Of a DNA stretch of 64,000 nucleotides, positions 13,307 through 30,787 are shown piece by piece. A program made the position numbers and the translations under genes. Numbering within the stretch: position 1 is the first letter of the stretch; each line of letters begins with the position of its first letter. The notes below the pieces were generated by a model, which saw only the letters and a list, made by a program, of their open reading frames with translations, did no database searches and was not told the origin of the DNA. Location of the stretch: assembly GCA_002269645.1 (NCBI GenBank), contig NIVC01002714.1, positions 1 through 64,000 of the forward strand. The letters run 5' to 3'. Source of the stretch: Macrostomum lignano (lineage: Eukaryota).

Positions 13307-13966
13307 GCCGCTAAGCTTTAACAGCAATCTTCTAATTGCCAAAGTGTTACCGCTTCAATTGCCTGCAGTTTGTTTTGAATGTTTTAGCCAGTTCTCTCCT
13401 GTCGCCGCCTTATTTACCACCGAGAATCCAATATAGTGATGTGCCAATACGCGCTGGTAGTTTGATTTTTCTACTTATAATTGCAGTTTGTCCTCACTCA
13501 TGACCGGATATAAACTTTGAAATAAAAGGACCCCTTGACATGCCTATCGCGGAGGCACTTATGTTTAATCATTGGACATTTTCACTTCTCTAGAATCAAA
13601 TAGCAATGTTCTGTTTATATGATACTTCTTTTACAATGCTCGGCTTTGACGGCACAAATTAATTCTTGGTTTTCGTTTTCTGGTTTGCTTCGTCTTTTTC
13701 CTTGACTTATTTATACTTATACCTGTCTAACATGCTTTTTTATTTATAGAATCAATAATATTAGTAAATGCTGGTTTAAAACACATTCATTGTTTATTAC
13801 GTTCAAAATTGTGCACCTCTATTTAGCAAATAAATTAAGAAATAGACTGCTCTATATCAGCTGCTGTGATTCACTACCTTTTGGAAGTCCTTTGTTTCTG
13901 CTTGTTTCTTAATGATACTGTCGTGGCTTGTATTGGCTGTCGTGACATTTAATTAGTAACATTGAA

Positions 13967-14750
13967 CAACCACCCCTAATTACTCACTTTGAGCACCCAC
14001 CCCTAATTACTCACCTTGAATACCCACCCCTAATTACTTACCATGAACACCCACCCCTAAATACCATGAACACCACCCCTAATTACTTACCATGACCACC
14101 CACCCTAATTACTCACCATGAACACCCACCCCTAATTACCATGAACACCACCCCTAATTACTTACCATGACCACCCACCCCTAATTACTCACCATGAACA
14201 CCCACCCCTAATTACTAACCATGAACACCCACCCCTAATTACTAACCATGAACACCCACCCCTAATTACTAACCATGACCACCCACCCCTAATTACCATG
14301 AACACCACCCCTAATTACTTACCATGACCACCCACCCCTAATTACTCACCATGAACACCCACCCCTAATTACTCACCATGAACACCCACCCCTAATTACT
14401 CACCATGAACACCCACCCCTAATTACTAACCATGACCACCCACCCCTAATTACTCACCATGAACACCCACCCCTAATTACTAACCATGAACACCCACCCC
14501 TAATTACTAACCATGAACACCCACCCCTAATTACTCACCATGAACACCCACCCCTAATTACTCACCATGAACACCCACCCCTAATTACTCACCATGAACA
14601 CCCACCCCTAATTACTCACCATGAACACCCACCCCTAATTACTAACCATGACCACCCACCCCTAATTACTCACTTTAAACACCCGCCCCTAGTTACTCAC
14701 CTTGAACACTGTCACCCTAATTACCCGCCCTTAACACCTGCCCCTAATTA
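13967..14750. repeat. 27-bp minisatellite (acccacccctaattactcaccatgaac)
   Basis: About 28 units, intergenic. Confidence 0.95.
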
Positions 14751-15074
14751 TACTTATTTTCGGCGCCCACCAAAAAGATGCGGTTTTAATTTTTACTTTT
14801 TAATAAATTTTGCGTTTCAAAAAGAATATCTACTTTTGATGCCAACAAGTACAGTAAATTACGGTTTGAACAAAATATCGTCCGATTTGTTCAAACTTGT
14901 TTTTGTTACTCGTTTCCTTCTTTCTTAGTTTTACACAGCCCCACACTTCTGTATGGCTTGAGAATTAAACAGTAGACTGTAATTTGTGTTATTCATTATG
15001 AATTATATTCCGAGCAATCCGTTCGTGAGCAATCGCTATCGTTTTAAACTCAATTTTTGCAGTATTGCAATTTG

Positions 15075-16190
15075 GAGCTACAATGAGGAGGGTAGCGGCA
15101 GGCACTGAAGCTACAATAGGGGGGGGGGTAGCGGCAGGCACTGAAGCTACAATAGGGGGGGGGTAGCGGCAGGCACTGAAGCTACAATAGGGGGGGGGTA
15201 GCGGCAGGCACTGAAGCTACAATAAGGGGGGGGGTAGCGGCAGGCACTGAAGCTACAATAGGGGGGGGGTAACGGCAGGCACTGAAGCTACAATAGGGGG
15301 CGTAGCGGCAGGCACTGAAGCTACAATAGGGGGGGGGTAGCGGCAGGCACTGAAGCTACAATAGGGGGGGTAGCGGCAGGCACTGAAGCTACAATAGGGG
15401 GGGGGGGGTAGCGGCAGGCACTGAAGCTACAAGGGGGGGGGGTAGCGGCAGGCACTGAAGCTACAATAGGGGGGGGGTAGCGGCAGGCACTGAAGCTACA
15501 AGGGGGGGGGGTAGCGGCAGGCACTGAAGCTACAAGGGGGGGGTAGCGGTAGGCACTGAAGCTACAATAGGGGGGGTAACGGCAGGCACTGAAGCTACAA
15601 TAGGGGGGGGGTAGCGGCAGGCACTGAAGCTACAATAGGGGGGGGGTAGCGGCAGGCACTGAAGCTACAATAGGGGGGGGGGTAGCGGCAGGCACTGAAG
15701 CTACAATAGGGGGGGGGGTAGCGGCAGGCACTGAAGCTACAATAAGGGGGGGTAGCGGCAGGCACTGAAGCTACAATAGGGGGGGGGGGGTAACGGCAGG
15801 CACTGAAGCTACAATAGGGGGGGGTAGCGGCAGGCACTGAAGCTACAATAGGGGGGGGTAGCGGCAGGCACTGAAGCTACAATAGGGGGGGTAGCGGCAG
15901 GCACTGAAGCTACAATAGGGGGGGGGTAGCGGCAGGCACTGAAGCTACAAGGGGGGGGGGTAGCGGCAGGCACTGAAGCTACAATAGGGGGGGGTAGCGG
16001 CAGGCACTGAAGCTACAAGGGGGGGGTAGCGGCAGGCACTGAAGCTACAAGGGGGGGGGGGGTAGCGGTAGGCACTGAAGCTACAATAGGGGGGGGGTAA
16101 CGGCAGGCACTGAAGCTACAATAGGGGGGGGGGGTAGCGGCAGGCACTGAAGCTACAATAGGGGGGGGGGTAGCGGCAGGCACTGAAGCT
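15075..16190. repeat. About 35-bp minisatellite with a variable G-run (gtagcggcaggcactgaagctacaata + Gn)
   Basis: About 31 units directly upstream of the NDUFAF5 reading frame. Confidence 0.95.
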
Positions 16191-19061
16191 TAGCGGCCGC
16201 CCAGCCTCAGTAACAAGCCTCGAGCTTCATCTCCACCCGCTGTTTGGCTTCATCAGCGGTAGCGGCAGCCCGGCAGCATTTTTGGTCGCCTGCTGCCACC
16301 GACGCGCAGCCCGAGCTGCTGCAGCCCGACTGTCTTCGGCATCTTTAACGGGCAGCGCCGATGACGTCGGCATTGCGACATCTGCGTCGGTTCCTTCCTC
16401 CTCGACCTCGGTGATGAACGTCTTCGACAGGCGGGCGAAGCTGCTACAGCGGCGGCGGGGCCTCCTGCGGCCGGAGCGGCAGTGCTGCGGCTACCTGCGC
16501 GAGGAGATTGGCTGGCGCACCTTCGACAGAATCTGCGATATTAAACGGTGAGGGATTGCTAATCTAGTCAATGTGGGAGCAGGAATAGAATGGATTGCTA
16601 ATCTAGTCAATGTGGGAGCAGGAATAGAATGGATTGCTAATCTAGTCAATGTGGGAGCAGGAGTAGAATGGATTGCTAATCTAGTCAATGTGGGAGCAGG
16701 AATAGAATGGATTGCTAATCTAGTCAATGTGGGAGCAGGAATAGAATGGATTGCTAATCTAGTCAATGTGGGAGCAGGAATAGAATGGATTGCTAATCTA
16801 GTCAATGTGGGAGCAGGAATTGAATGGATTGCTAATCTAGTCAATGTGGGAGCAGGAATAGAATGGATTGCTAATCTAGTCAATGTGGGAGCAGGAATAG
16901 AATGGATTGCTAATCTAGTTAATGTGAAAGCAGGAATAGAATGGATTGCTAATCTAGTCAATGTGGGAGCAGGAATTGAATGGATTGCTAATCTAGTCAA
17001 TGTGGGAGCAGGAATAGAATGGATTGCTAATCTAGTTAATGTGAAAGCAGGAATAGAATGGATTGCTAATCTAGTCAATGTGGGAGCAGGAGTAGAATGG
17101 ATTGCTAATCTGGCCAACCCCTATCTCACTCGCTGTCCAACTGCAGCGATTTCGGTGTCATAGTCGACTACGGCTGCGACTCCGGGCACATCGCCAAGCA
17201 CATCACGGCGGACATGGCCAAGCGGATCTACCAGTGCGACTGGCTGCCGGAGGCGCTGGAGACGGCAGAGAAGTCGCCCGAAGTCCCCACTCACAATGTC
17301 CTGATTGAGGGAGAGAATTTCTTTCCGTTCGCCGAAAACTCATTGGATTTGGTTGTTAGCAGCATGAGGTGGGGGTTGAAACTTGCCTAATGAATCTGGA
17401 GACTTGTTATTTCGTTTTTTAATATTCATGTCGTGTTTATCAATCGATTACAGCTTGCACTGGATTAACGACTTGCCTGGATTTTTCTCTCGGTGAGCGC
17501 AAAGTGTTAGTGGGTTGGTTGCTTTGAAATTTTTTTATTGTCTGTGGTTGGCTCCAATCCAACCCAATCCAATCCAACCCAATCCAATCCAACCCAGTCC
17601 AATCTAATCCAATCCAATCCAACCCAGTCCAATCTAATCCATTCCAATCCAACCCAATCCTATCCAACCCAATCCAAACCAACCCAATCCAATCTAATCC
17701 ATTCCAATCCAACCCAGTCCAATCTAATCCAATCCAATCCAACCCAGTCCAATCTAATCCAATCCAATCCAACCCAGTCCAATATAATCCAATCCAATCC
17801 AACCCAGTCCAATCTAATCCAATCCAATCCAACCCAGTCCAATCTAATCCAATCCAATCCAACCCAGTCCAATCTAATCCAATCCAATCCAACCCAGTCC
17901 AATCTAATCCAATCCAATCCAACCCAGTCCAATCCAATCCAACCCAGTCCAATCTAATCCAATCTAATCCAATCCAATCCAACCCAGTCCAATCTAATCC
18001 AATCCAATCCAACCCAGTCCAATCTAATCGAATCGAATCCAACCCAGTCCAATCTAATCGAATCCAATCCAACCCAGTCCAATCTAATCCAATCCAATCC
18101 AACCCAGTCCAATCTAATCGAATCCAATCCAACCCAGTCCAATCTAATCGAATCCAATCCAACCCAGTCCAATCTAATCCAATCCAATCCAACCCAGTCC
18201 AATCTAATCCAATTCAATCCAACCCAGTCCAATCTAATCCAATCCAATCCAACCCAGTCCAATCTAATCCAATCCAATCCAACCCAGTCCAATCTAATCC
18301 AATCCAATCCAACCCAGTCCAATCTAATCCATTCCAATCCAACCCAGTCCAATCTAATCCAATCCAATCCAACCCAGTCCAATCTAATCCAATCCAATCC
18401 AACCCACTCCACTCCAACCCAGTCCAATTCAACCCAGTCCAATTCATCAGACAGCAAGCTCACGCCAGTTCCGCTGAATCCCCTCAGTGAAATCCTTCGC
18501 GCCCTTAAGCCGGACGGCTGCCTGCTCGGCAGCACCCTCGGCGGCGACTCGCTGTACGAGCTGCGCTGCTCCCTTCAGCTGGCCGAGCAGGAGCGGCTCG
18601 GTGGCTTCGCTCCGCACGTGTCACCCTTCACCAGCAACGCCGATCTGGGCGCCCTGATGCAGAACTGCGGCTACGCGCTGGTCTCAATAGACGTGGACGA
18701 AATTGTGGTCCGCTATCCGTCTGTGCACGACCTGCTCACGGATCTGCGAGCGATGGGCGAAACCAACGCGGCGTGGAACCGGCCGCTGCGGCTTAATAGA
18801 GACGTGCTCACTGCTGCCGCGGCTATCTACGATTTCATGTACGGCGGCGAGGACGGTGAGGAGGACAGCGAAGGTCAGCGGCGGCGCAGCGTGCCGGCCA
18901 CGTTTCAGTTTGTGAACTTCATTGGCTGGAAGCCGCACCATTCCCAGCAGAAGCCGGCAAGGCGGGGCTCCGCATCTGTCAGCTTGCGCGACCTCGGCTC
19001 CGTTATGGAGAAGAACGGCGGCGGTGGCGGCGGCGGCACAGACTCCAAACCTAAATCTTGA
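15083..19061 (+). CDS. NDUFAF5: NADH:ubiquinone oxidoreductase complex assembly factor 5 (SAM-dependent arginine hydroxylase)
   Basis: Secure exons: about 16180-16547, 17147-17368, 17454-17492, 18488-19061. Motifs NVFDRRAK, YLREEIG, DLVVSSMSLHWINDLP, LYELRCSLQLAEQER.GGF.PHVSPF, VPATFQ..FIGWKPH. The start at 15083 is a hypothesis (see findings); the first in-exon ATG is 16414. Confidence 0.9.
16554..17110. repeat. 39-bp minisatellite (ggattgctaatctagtcaatgtgggagcaggaatagaat)
   Basis: About 14 units filling intron 16548-17146. Confidence 0.96.
17554..18445. repeat. 30-bp unit built from AATCC pentamers
   Basis: Fills intron 17493-18487. Confidence 0.96.
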
Positions 19062-19127
19062 TCGAATTTTTTGTTGCTTTTTTGTCAGAAATCTATGTAA
19101 TTGCTACCGTGTTAAATGTCCGTATTA

Positions 19128-19785
19128 AAGTCACCGAGTTCTGTTTGTAGCCTAGAATTAAGTCACCCAGTTCTGGTGTAGCCTAGAATTAGGTCACCCA
19201 GTTCTGGTGTAGCCTAGAATTAGGTCACCCAGTTCTGTTTGTAGCTTAGAAATAGGTCACCGAGTTCTGTTTGCAGCCTAGAATTAAGTCACCGAGTTCT
19301 GGTGTAGCCTAGAATTAGGTCACCCAGTTCTGGTGTAGCCTAGAATTAGGTCACCCAGTTCTGGTGTAGCCTAGAATTAGGTCACCCAGTTCTGGTGTAG
19401 CCTAGAATTAGGTCACCGAGTTCTGTTTGCAGCCTAGAATTAAGTCACCGAGTTCTGGTGTAGCCTAGAATTAGGTCACGCAGTTCTGTTTGTAGCGTAG
19501 AATTACGTCACGCAGTTCTGTTTGTAGCCTAGAATTAGGTCACCGAGGTCTGGTTGTAGCCTAGAATTAGGTCACCGAGGTCTGTTTGTAGCCTAGAATT
19601 AGGTCACCGAGTTCTGTTTGTAGCCTAGAATTAGGTCACCGTGTTCTGTTTGTAGCCTAGAATTAGGTCACCTAGTTCTGGTGTAGCCTAGAATTAGGTC
19701 ACCCAGTTCTGGTGTAGCCTAGAATTAGGTCACCGAGGTCTGTTTGTAGCCTAGAATTAGGTCACCCAGTTCTGGTGTAATCTAG
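19128..19785. repeat. About 31-bp minisatellite (gtcacccagttctggtgtagcctagaattag)
   Basis: About 21 units between the NDUFAF5 stop and the putative TASP1 start. Confidence 0.95.
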
Positions 19786-19863
19786 ACACCGAGTGACCTA
19801 TTTAGAAAACGTTAGCTTATCCTACTTTTAATGCCATTTTTCATGCATTCAGGTCTGTGTAAA

Positions 19864-25981
<6,118 letters not shown>

Positions 25982-26364
25982 ATTAGTTCTATTATCGTTG
26001 CATTTGCGTAGCTACCTCTCAGAGGTTACCAGTTGTTGCTGCATTTGTAGGCCATTTGCACACGTTTTTATTTCAATAAATACAACGTGCTTCCGACATT
26101 ACTAAACATACGATCGATTGAAGTGCTACGTGTACTTTTAGAGTACAAACCAAAAATCTAAAATTAGCACTTGTTTGCGTTTCTTCTTTTCAAATTAAAC
26201 GAAAAAGTTAAAAACTTCTAATCATAATAAATTTAAGGACACTGACATGACTAAAATATGAAGCTTAGTTTATTTTTCAGCAAGAAAGTGTCAAGTTAAC
26301 CGGATAAAGCTATTATTATGAGAAAAATGCACGATTTTCTACTTTAAGAACAGTCAGAACACTT

Positions 26365-28385
26365 CTACTCTACTACTCTACCAGTAGTATTATTAGTGTC
26401 TTGATGATAGAAAAGCGCCCGAAACTGAGCGGTCTCTTTGGCCATCTCCTCGGCCGACCGATTTGGCCGTTCAGGCTTCGGCTCTGCCTCCAGCGCCGTG
26501 TAGACGGAGTCGTTCGGCTGGAAGTCGCCGGGCAGCCGAGGCAGCACGTGAATGTGGACGTGCGGCACCGACTGGCCGGCCAGGGGGCCGTCCTGCAGAC
26601 TGAAGCTGCACGACTCGGTGCCGGCGAGCTGCCTCAGCCGGAAGGCCACCAGCTCAGCTAAGCCGAATAGATCCGCCCGTTCTAACGGAGTGAGCTCGCT
26701 TAGCATTGCAACCGAACGGCGCGGGCAGACCAGCGTGTGATGCGGCCGGATTGGGCGAAGATTCACCGCGGCAAAAGACAGACTGGTGAGGCAGAACACC
26801 TGCTCGCTAGCTGGGAGCCGGTGCGGACCGAACGCGAACTCGGCTGAGTCAGGAATGGGCACTGAAAAGTTTTGAAGGCTAAAAATGACGCCAGGAAGCA
26901 ATGAATTGAAAGTGACGTCATGCTCTATCTGTGATATATTTCTAAATATAGAAACTGGCTTTATGACACATGAAATCGATCGATAATTTTAAATATAGAA
27001 CCTGGCTTGACGCATAAAATCAATCGATAATTCTAAATATAGAAACTTACTGTATGACACATGAAATCGATCGATATTTCTAAATATAGAAACTGGCTTT
27101 ATGACACATGAAATCGATCAATAATTCTGAATATAGAAACTGGCTTTATGACACATGAAATCGATCGATATTTCCACATATAGAAACTGACGTCAGTCAA
27201 TAAATATTTATCAACCGTGACACTTGGTACTGTAATAAACATTACGTTTTAATTTTTTATAGTGGTGGACAGACAGGCAACTCACGCAGATGCAGCTGGC
27301 CCGACACGCTGGGATACAGATCTAATCGTCGTTGCTGCATCACCGGCATACCGGCTCGAACCTGTTCCAGGTATTTCAAATTAATCTGACACAGGGCCAG
27401 GCCATCTGATTTGTCATCAAGTTCGGCGCACACCTTGCCCCACGGGTCGATAATGCAGGCGTGGCCGTACGAATGCCGCCTGGGATTGTGCGAGCCGGCC
27501 TGGGCGGCGGCCACCAGCCAGCATTGGGTCTCGATGGCTCTGGCGCGCAGCAGAGCGGACCAGTGGGCCTGGCCTGCGGTTGGGATTCGAATAGCTGGGA
27601 TTGATTCAATGGCACCAAAAATATTTTATCGGCGATCCGAACTACCATGAAGGGCCACAAAGATTTACGAGCGTATTTAAGCGCCACAAAAAGCCATGTA
27701 GCGTCATAATAATAATTTATTAAACTTGCCCAATTGGGCCAGATGTGCAACCGACAGCTCAGCCGGAGCTATTGCGCGGCGCATCTGAGGGCTGCGTACG
27801 GCCGTTCACTCCAGGAACTGAGGGGTCGCCAAACACCCTCAATTACCCCAGCTAATGCTGGCACCCATTTTAGAGCTGAGTGAACTGAAGCAATGCAGAG
27901 TTTAGCGTCCTGCTCAAGGCCACAAATTGTTTCGAGTGGGTTGGGAATCGAACCCCCGACCTTTCAGTTGAGTCCGACGCTCTAACCACTAGGCTACAAC
28001 CCCTCATAGTGCCATAAAAGGCCCATTATACTAATCAATAATTTGCCTCACCCGTAGGCACGGTGAAAGCGCTGGGATAGGTGATAATCTGCGCCCCTCG
28101 CTCTCTCATCCCGATGGCCAATTCCGCGAATCGCATATCGTAGCAGATGGCCAGGCCCACCCGGCCGACCGGGGTGTCAATCACCGGCGCCAGACTGTCG
28201 CCCGGCTTCGTGTACCGCGACTCCAAGAAGCTTCTGCCGCCGCCGGGATTGCCGCCGCCGTCGCCGGGCACTTGAACGTCGAACATGTGCGCCTTGTCGT
28301 AGCGGCCGGCGATGCGGCCCTCAGGGTCAATTAGCAGGTGGCTGTTGCTGATGCGCTCAGCGCCTTGGGTGGCGCCGTTCGGCTG
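26365..28385 (-). CDS. NitFhit: Nit-Fhit fusion (NIT1-like nitrilase C-terminal part plus FHIT diadenosine triphosphate hydrolase); 5' exons not found
   Basis: Phase-consistent exons 28385-28052, 27573-27286 and 26861-26365. Nitrilase motifs YDKAHMFD, ICYDMRF, YPSAFT..TGQAHW..LLRARAIETQC, SYGHA.IIDPWG. FHIT motifs VNLRP, QDGPLAGQSVPHVHIHVLPR. Confidence 0.9.
26944..27190. repeat. About 46-bp AT-rich minisatellite (atatagaaactggctttatgacacatgaaatcgatcgat...)
   Basis: About 5 units in intron 26862-27285. Confidence 0.85.
27708..28003 (-). mobile_element. tRNA-derived SINE
   Basis: Minus strand begins ggggttgtagcctagtggttagagcg (A box), then ggttcgattcc (B box) with a broken anticodon arm, a central ccttgagcaggacgct motif of the kind common in metazoan SINEs, and an (ATT)-type tail. 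Confidence 0.75.
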
Positions 28386-28409
28386 CTGAAGTTTTTAATG
28401 GATTCGGAT

Positions 28410-28735
28410 AGGTTCTCGCTTGGCGATTCTTGCCAGGGCGATTTATAAAGGGCAATTCTTGAGGGAGGCGATTCCTGAGGGGCGATTCCTGAGCCTGAGG
28501 GGCGATTCTTGCGAGGGCGATTTCGGAGGGGGCGATTCATAAGGGGCGATTCCTGAGCCTGAGGGGCGATTCTTGCGAGGGAGATTTCGGAGGGGGCGAT
28601 TCCTGAGCCTGAGGGGCGATTCTTGCAAGGGTGATTCATAAGGGGAGATTCTTGCAAGGGTGATTCATAAGGGGAGATTCTTGCGAGGGCGATTTATAAG
28701 GGGAGATTCTTGCCAGGGCGATTCTTGCGAGGGCG
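28410..28735. repeat. GGGCGATTC-core degenerate minisatellite
   Basis: Repeated gggcgattcttgc/ggggcgattcctgagcctga. Confidence 0.85.
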
Positions 28736-28736
28736 A

Positions 28737-28867
28737 GACAGACAGGCAGGCAGACAGACAGACAGAAAGGCAGACGGACAGACAAACAGACAGGCAGGCA
28801 GACAGGCAGACAGACAGACAGACAGGCAGACAGGCAGACAGACAGACAGACAGGCAGACAGACAGGC

Positions 28868-28916
<49 letters not shown>

Positions 28917-29075
28917 GGCAGACAGACAGACAGACAGACAGACAGGCAGGCAGACAGACAGACAGAAAGGCAGACGGACAGACAAACAGACAGACAGACA
29001 GGCAGGCAGACAGGCAGACAGACAGACAGACAGGCAGACAGGCAGACAGACAGACAGACAGGCAGACAGACAGGC

Positions 29076-29118
<43 letters not shown>

Positions 29119-29150
29119 TAGACAGACAGACAGACACACAGCACAGACAG
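28737..29150. repeat. CAGA/CAGG compound microsatellite
   Basis: Between the NitFhit 5'-most exon and the RPL35 3' end. Confidence 0.95.
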
Positions 29151-29429
29151 ACTATTCCTATAATAACTATACCCACTACTATCCCTATTCCAAGCTAAAC
29201 TGCTAAATATGCTTTACTAAAGTCCGAAAATGATGAGGCAACACGGACAAGAAAAATTTAATCCAAATCGCGCATCTCTCGAGACCATCCCGGTCAAATT
29301 TGTTTCCAGCTAGATTAAGCGTATGCTTAGGCATTTATTTACGATCCAAGCCAGCGCAGACCCAACTGAAGTCACTGACGCACTGCAAACTGCCTAGTTG
29401 ATCAACAAATCGGTCCAATAGAAAACATT

Positions 29430-30787
29430 TTAAGCTTTCACAGCGAAGCGACGGACAGGGAAGGCGCGCTTCCTGCGCTGCTGCTTGGCGGTGGTCCGGC
29501 TGGCCTCGAACGGCGTCAGGGCGCGGCGCAGGGCGCGGGTCTTCTTGGCGCGGAGGTCGCGCGAGAAGCGCTTGCTGGATTTCTTTTGGAATTGGCGGAC
29601 AGCGTCTTTCTGGGTCTGGTGGATGACCGTGTAGACGCGGGCGATCATCTTGCGCACCTGGTGAATCTGGGCCAGCTTGGAGGCGGCGCCGCCCGTCACC
29701 TGCAGGTTCCATGGGTGAGGACTGGTTCAGGGCGATTCCGGTGTGGTTCAGGGCGATTCTGGTGTGGTTCAGGGCGATTCTGGTGTGCTTCAGGGCGATT
29801 CTGGTGTGGTTCAGGGCGATTCTGGTGTGCTTCAGGGCGATTCTGGTGTGGTTCAGGGCGATTCTGGTGTGCTTCAGGGCGATTCTGGTGTGGTTCAGGG
29901 CGATTCTAGTGCGGTTCAGGGCGATTCTAGTGCGGTTCAGGGCGATTCTGGTGTGCTTCAGGGCGATTTTAGTGCGGTTCAGGGCGATTCTAGTGCGGTT
30001 CAGGGCGATTCTAGTGCGGTTCAGGGCGATTCTAGTGCGGTTCAGGGCGATTCTAGTGCGGTTCAGGGCGATTCTAGTGCGGTTCAGGGCGATTCTAGTG
30101 CGGTTCAGGGCGATTCTAGTGCGCTTCAGGGCGATTCTAGTGCGGTTCAGGGCCATTCTAGCGCGGTTCAGGGCGATTCTGGTGTGCTTCAGGGCGATTC
30201 TAGTGCGGTTCAGGGCGATTCTGGTGTGGCTCAGGGCGATTCTGGTGTGGTGCAGGGCGATTCTGGTGTGTTTCAGGGCGATTCCGGTGTGCTTCAGGGC
30301 GATTCTGGTATGGTTCAGGGCGATTGTGGTGTGGTTTAGGGCGATTCTGGTATGGCTCAGGGCGATTCTGGTGTGGTTCAGGGCGATTCTGGCGCGGTTC
30401 AGGGCGATTCTAGTGCGGTTCAAGGCGATTCTGGTGTGGTGCAGGGCGATTCTGGTGTGGTGCAGGGCGATTCTGGTGTGTTTCAGGGCGATTCCGGTGT
30501 GCTTCAGGGCGATTCTGGTATGGTTCAGGGCGATTGTGGTGTGGTTTAGGGCGATTCTGGTATGGCTCAGGGCGATTCTGGTGTGGTTTAGGGCGATTCT
30601 GGTGTGGTTCAGGGCGATTATGGTATGGCTCAGGGCGATTCTAGCATTTCTTAAGCGCGACAATCGATTTGTTTACCTTGGCAACACGAAGCGTAGCCAA
30701 TTCCTGCTTGAGCTCATTGAGCTGCTTCTCCAAGTCGACCTTGGTCTTGGTGCGCAGCTTCTTAGCGGACTCCTTCTTGCCAACCAT
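29430..30787 (-). CDS. RPL35: 60S ribosomal protein L35 (uL29), 126 aa
   Basis: Exons 30787-30677 (MVGKKESAKKLR..QLNELKQELATLRVAK) and 29699-29430 (VTGGAASKL..DLRAKKTRALRR..RFAVKA). AATAAA follows on the minus strand near 29336-29341. Confidence 0.93.
29724..30645. repeat. 21-bp minisatellite (cagggcgattctggtgtggtt), about 44 units
   Basis: Fills RPL35 intron 29700-30676. Confidence 0.96.

Noticed and set aside
14864-14896. Hairpin gtttgaacaaa...tttgttcaaac as a terminator or Helitron end
   Set aside because: It is isolated, with no matching element ends; prokaryotic terminators are irrelevant here.
27935-28003. tRNA gene
   Set aside because: The A and B boxes are present but the anticodon arm is broken and the sequence continues into a SINE-like body.
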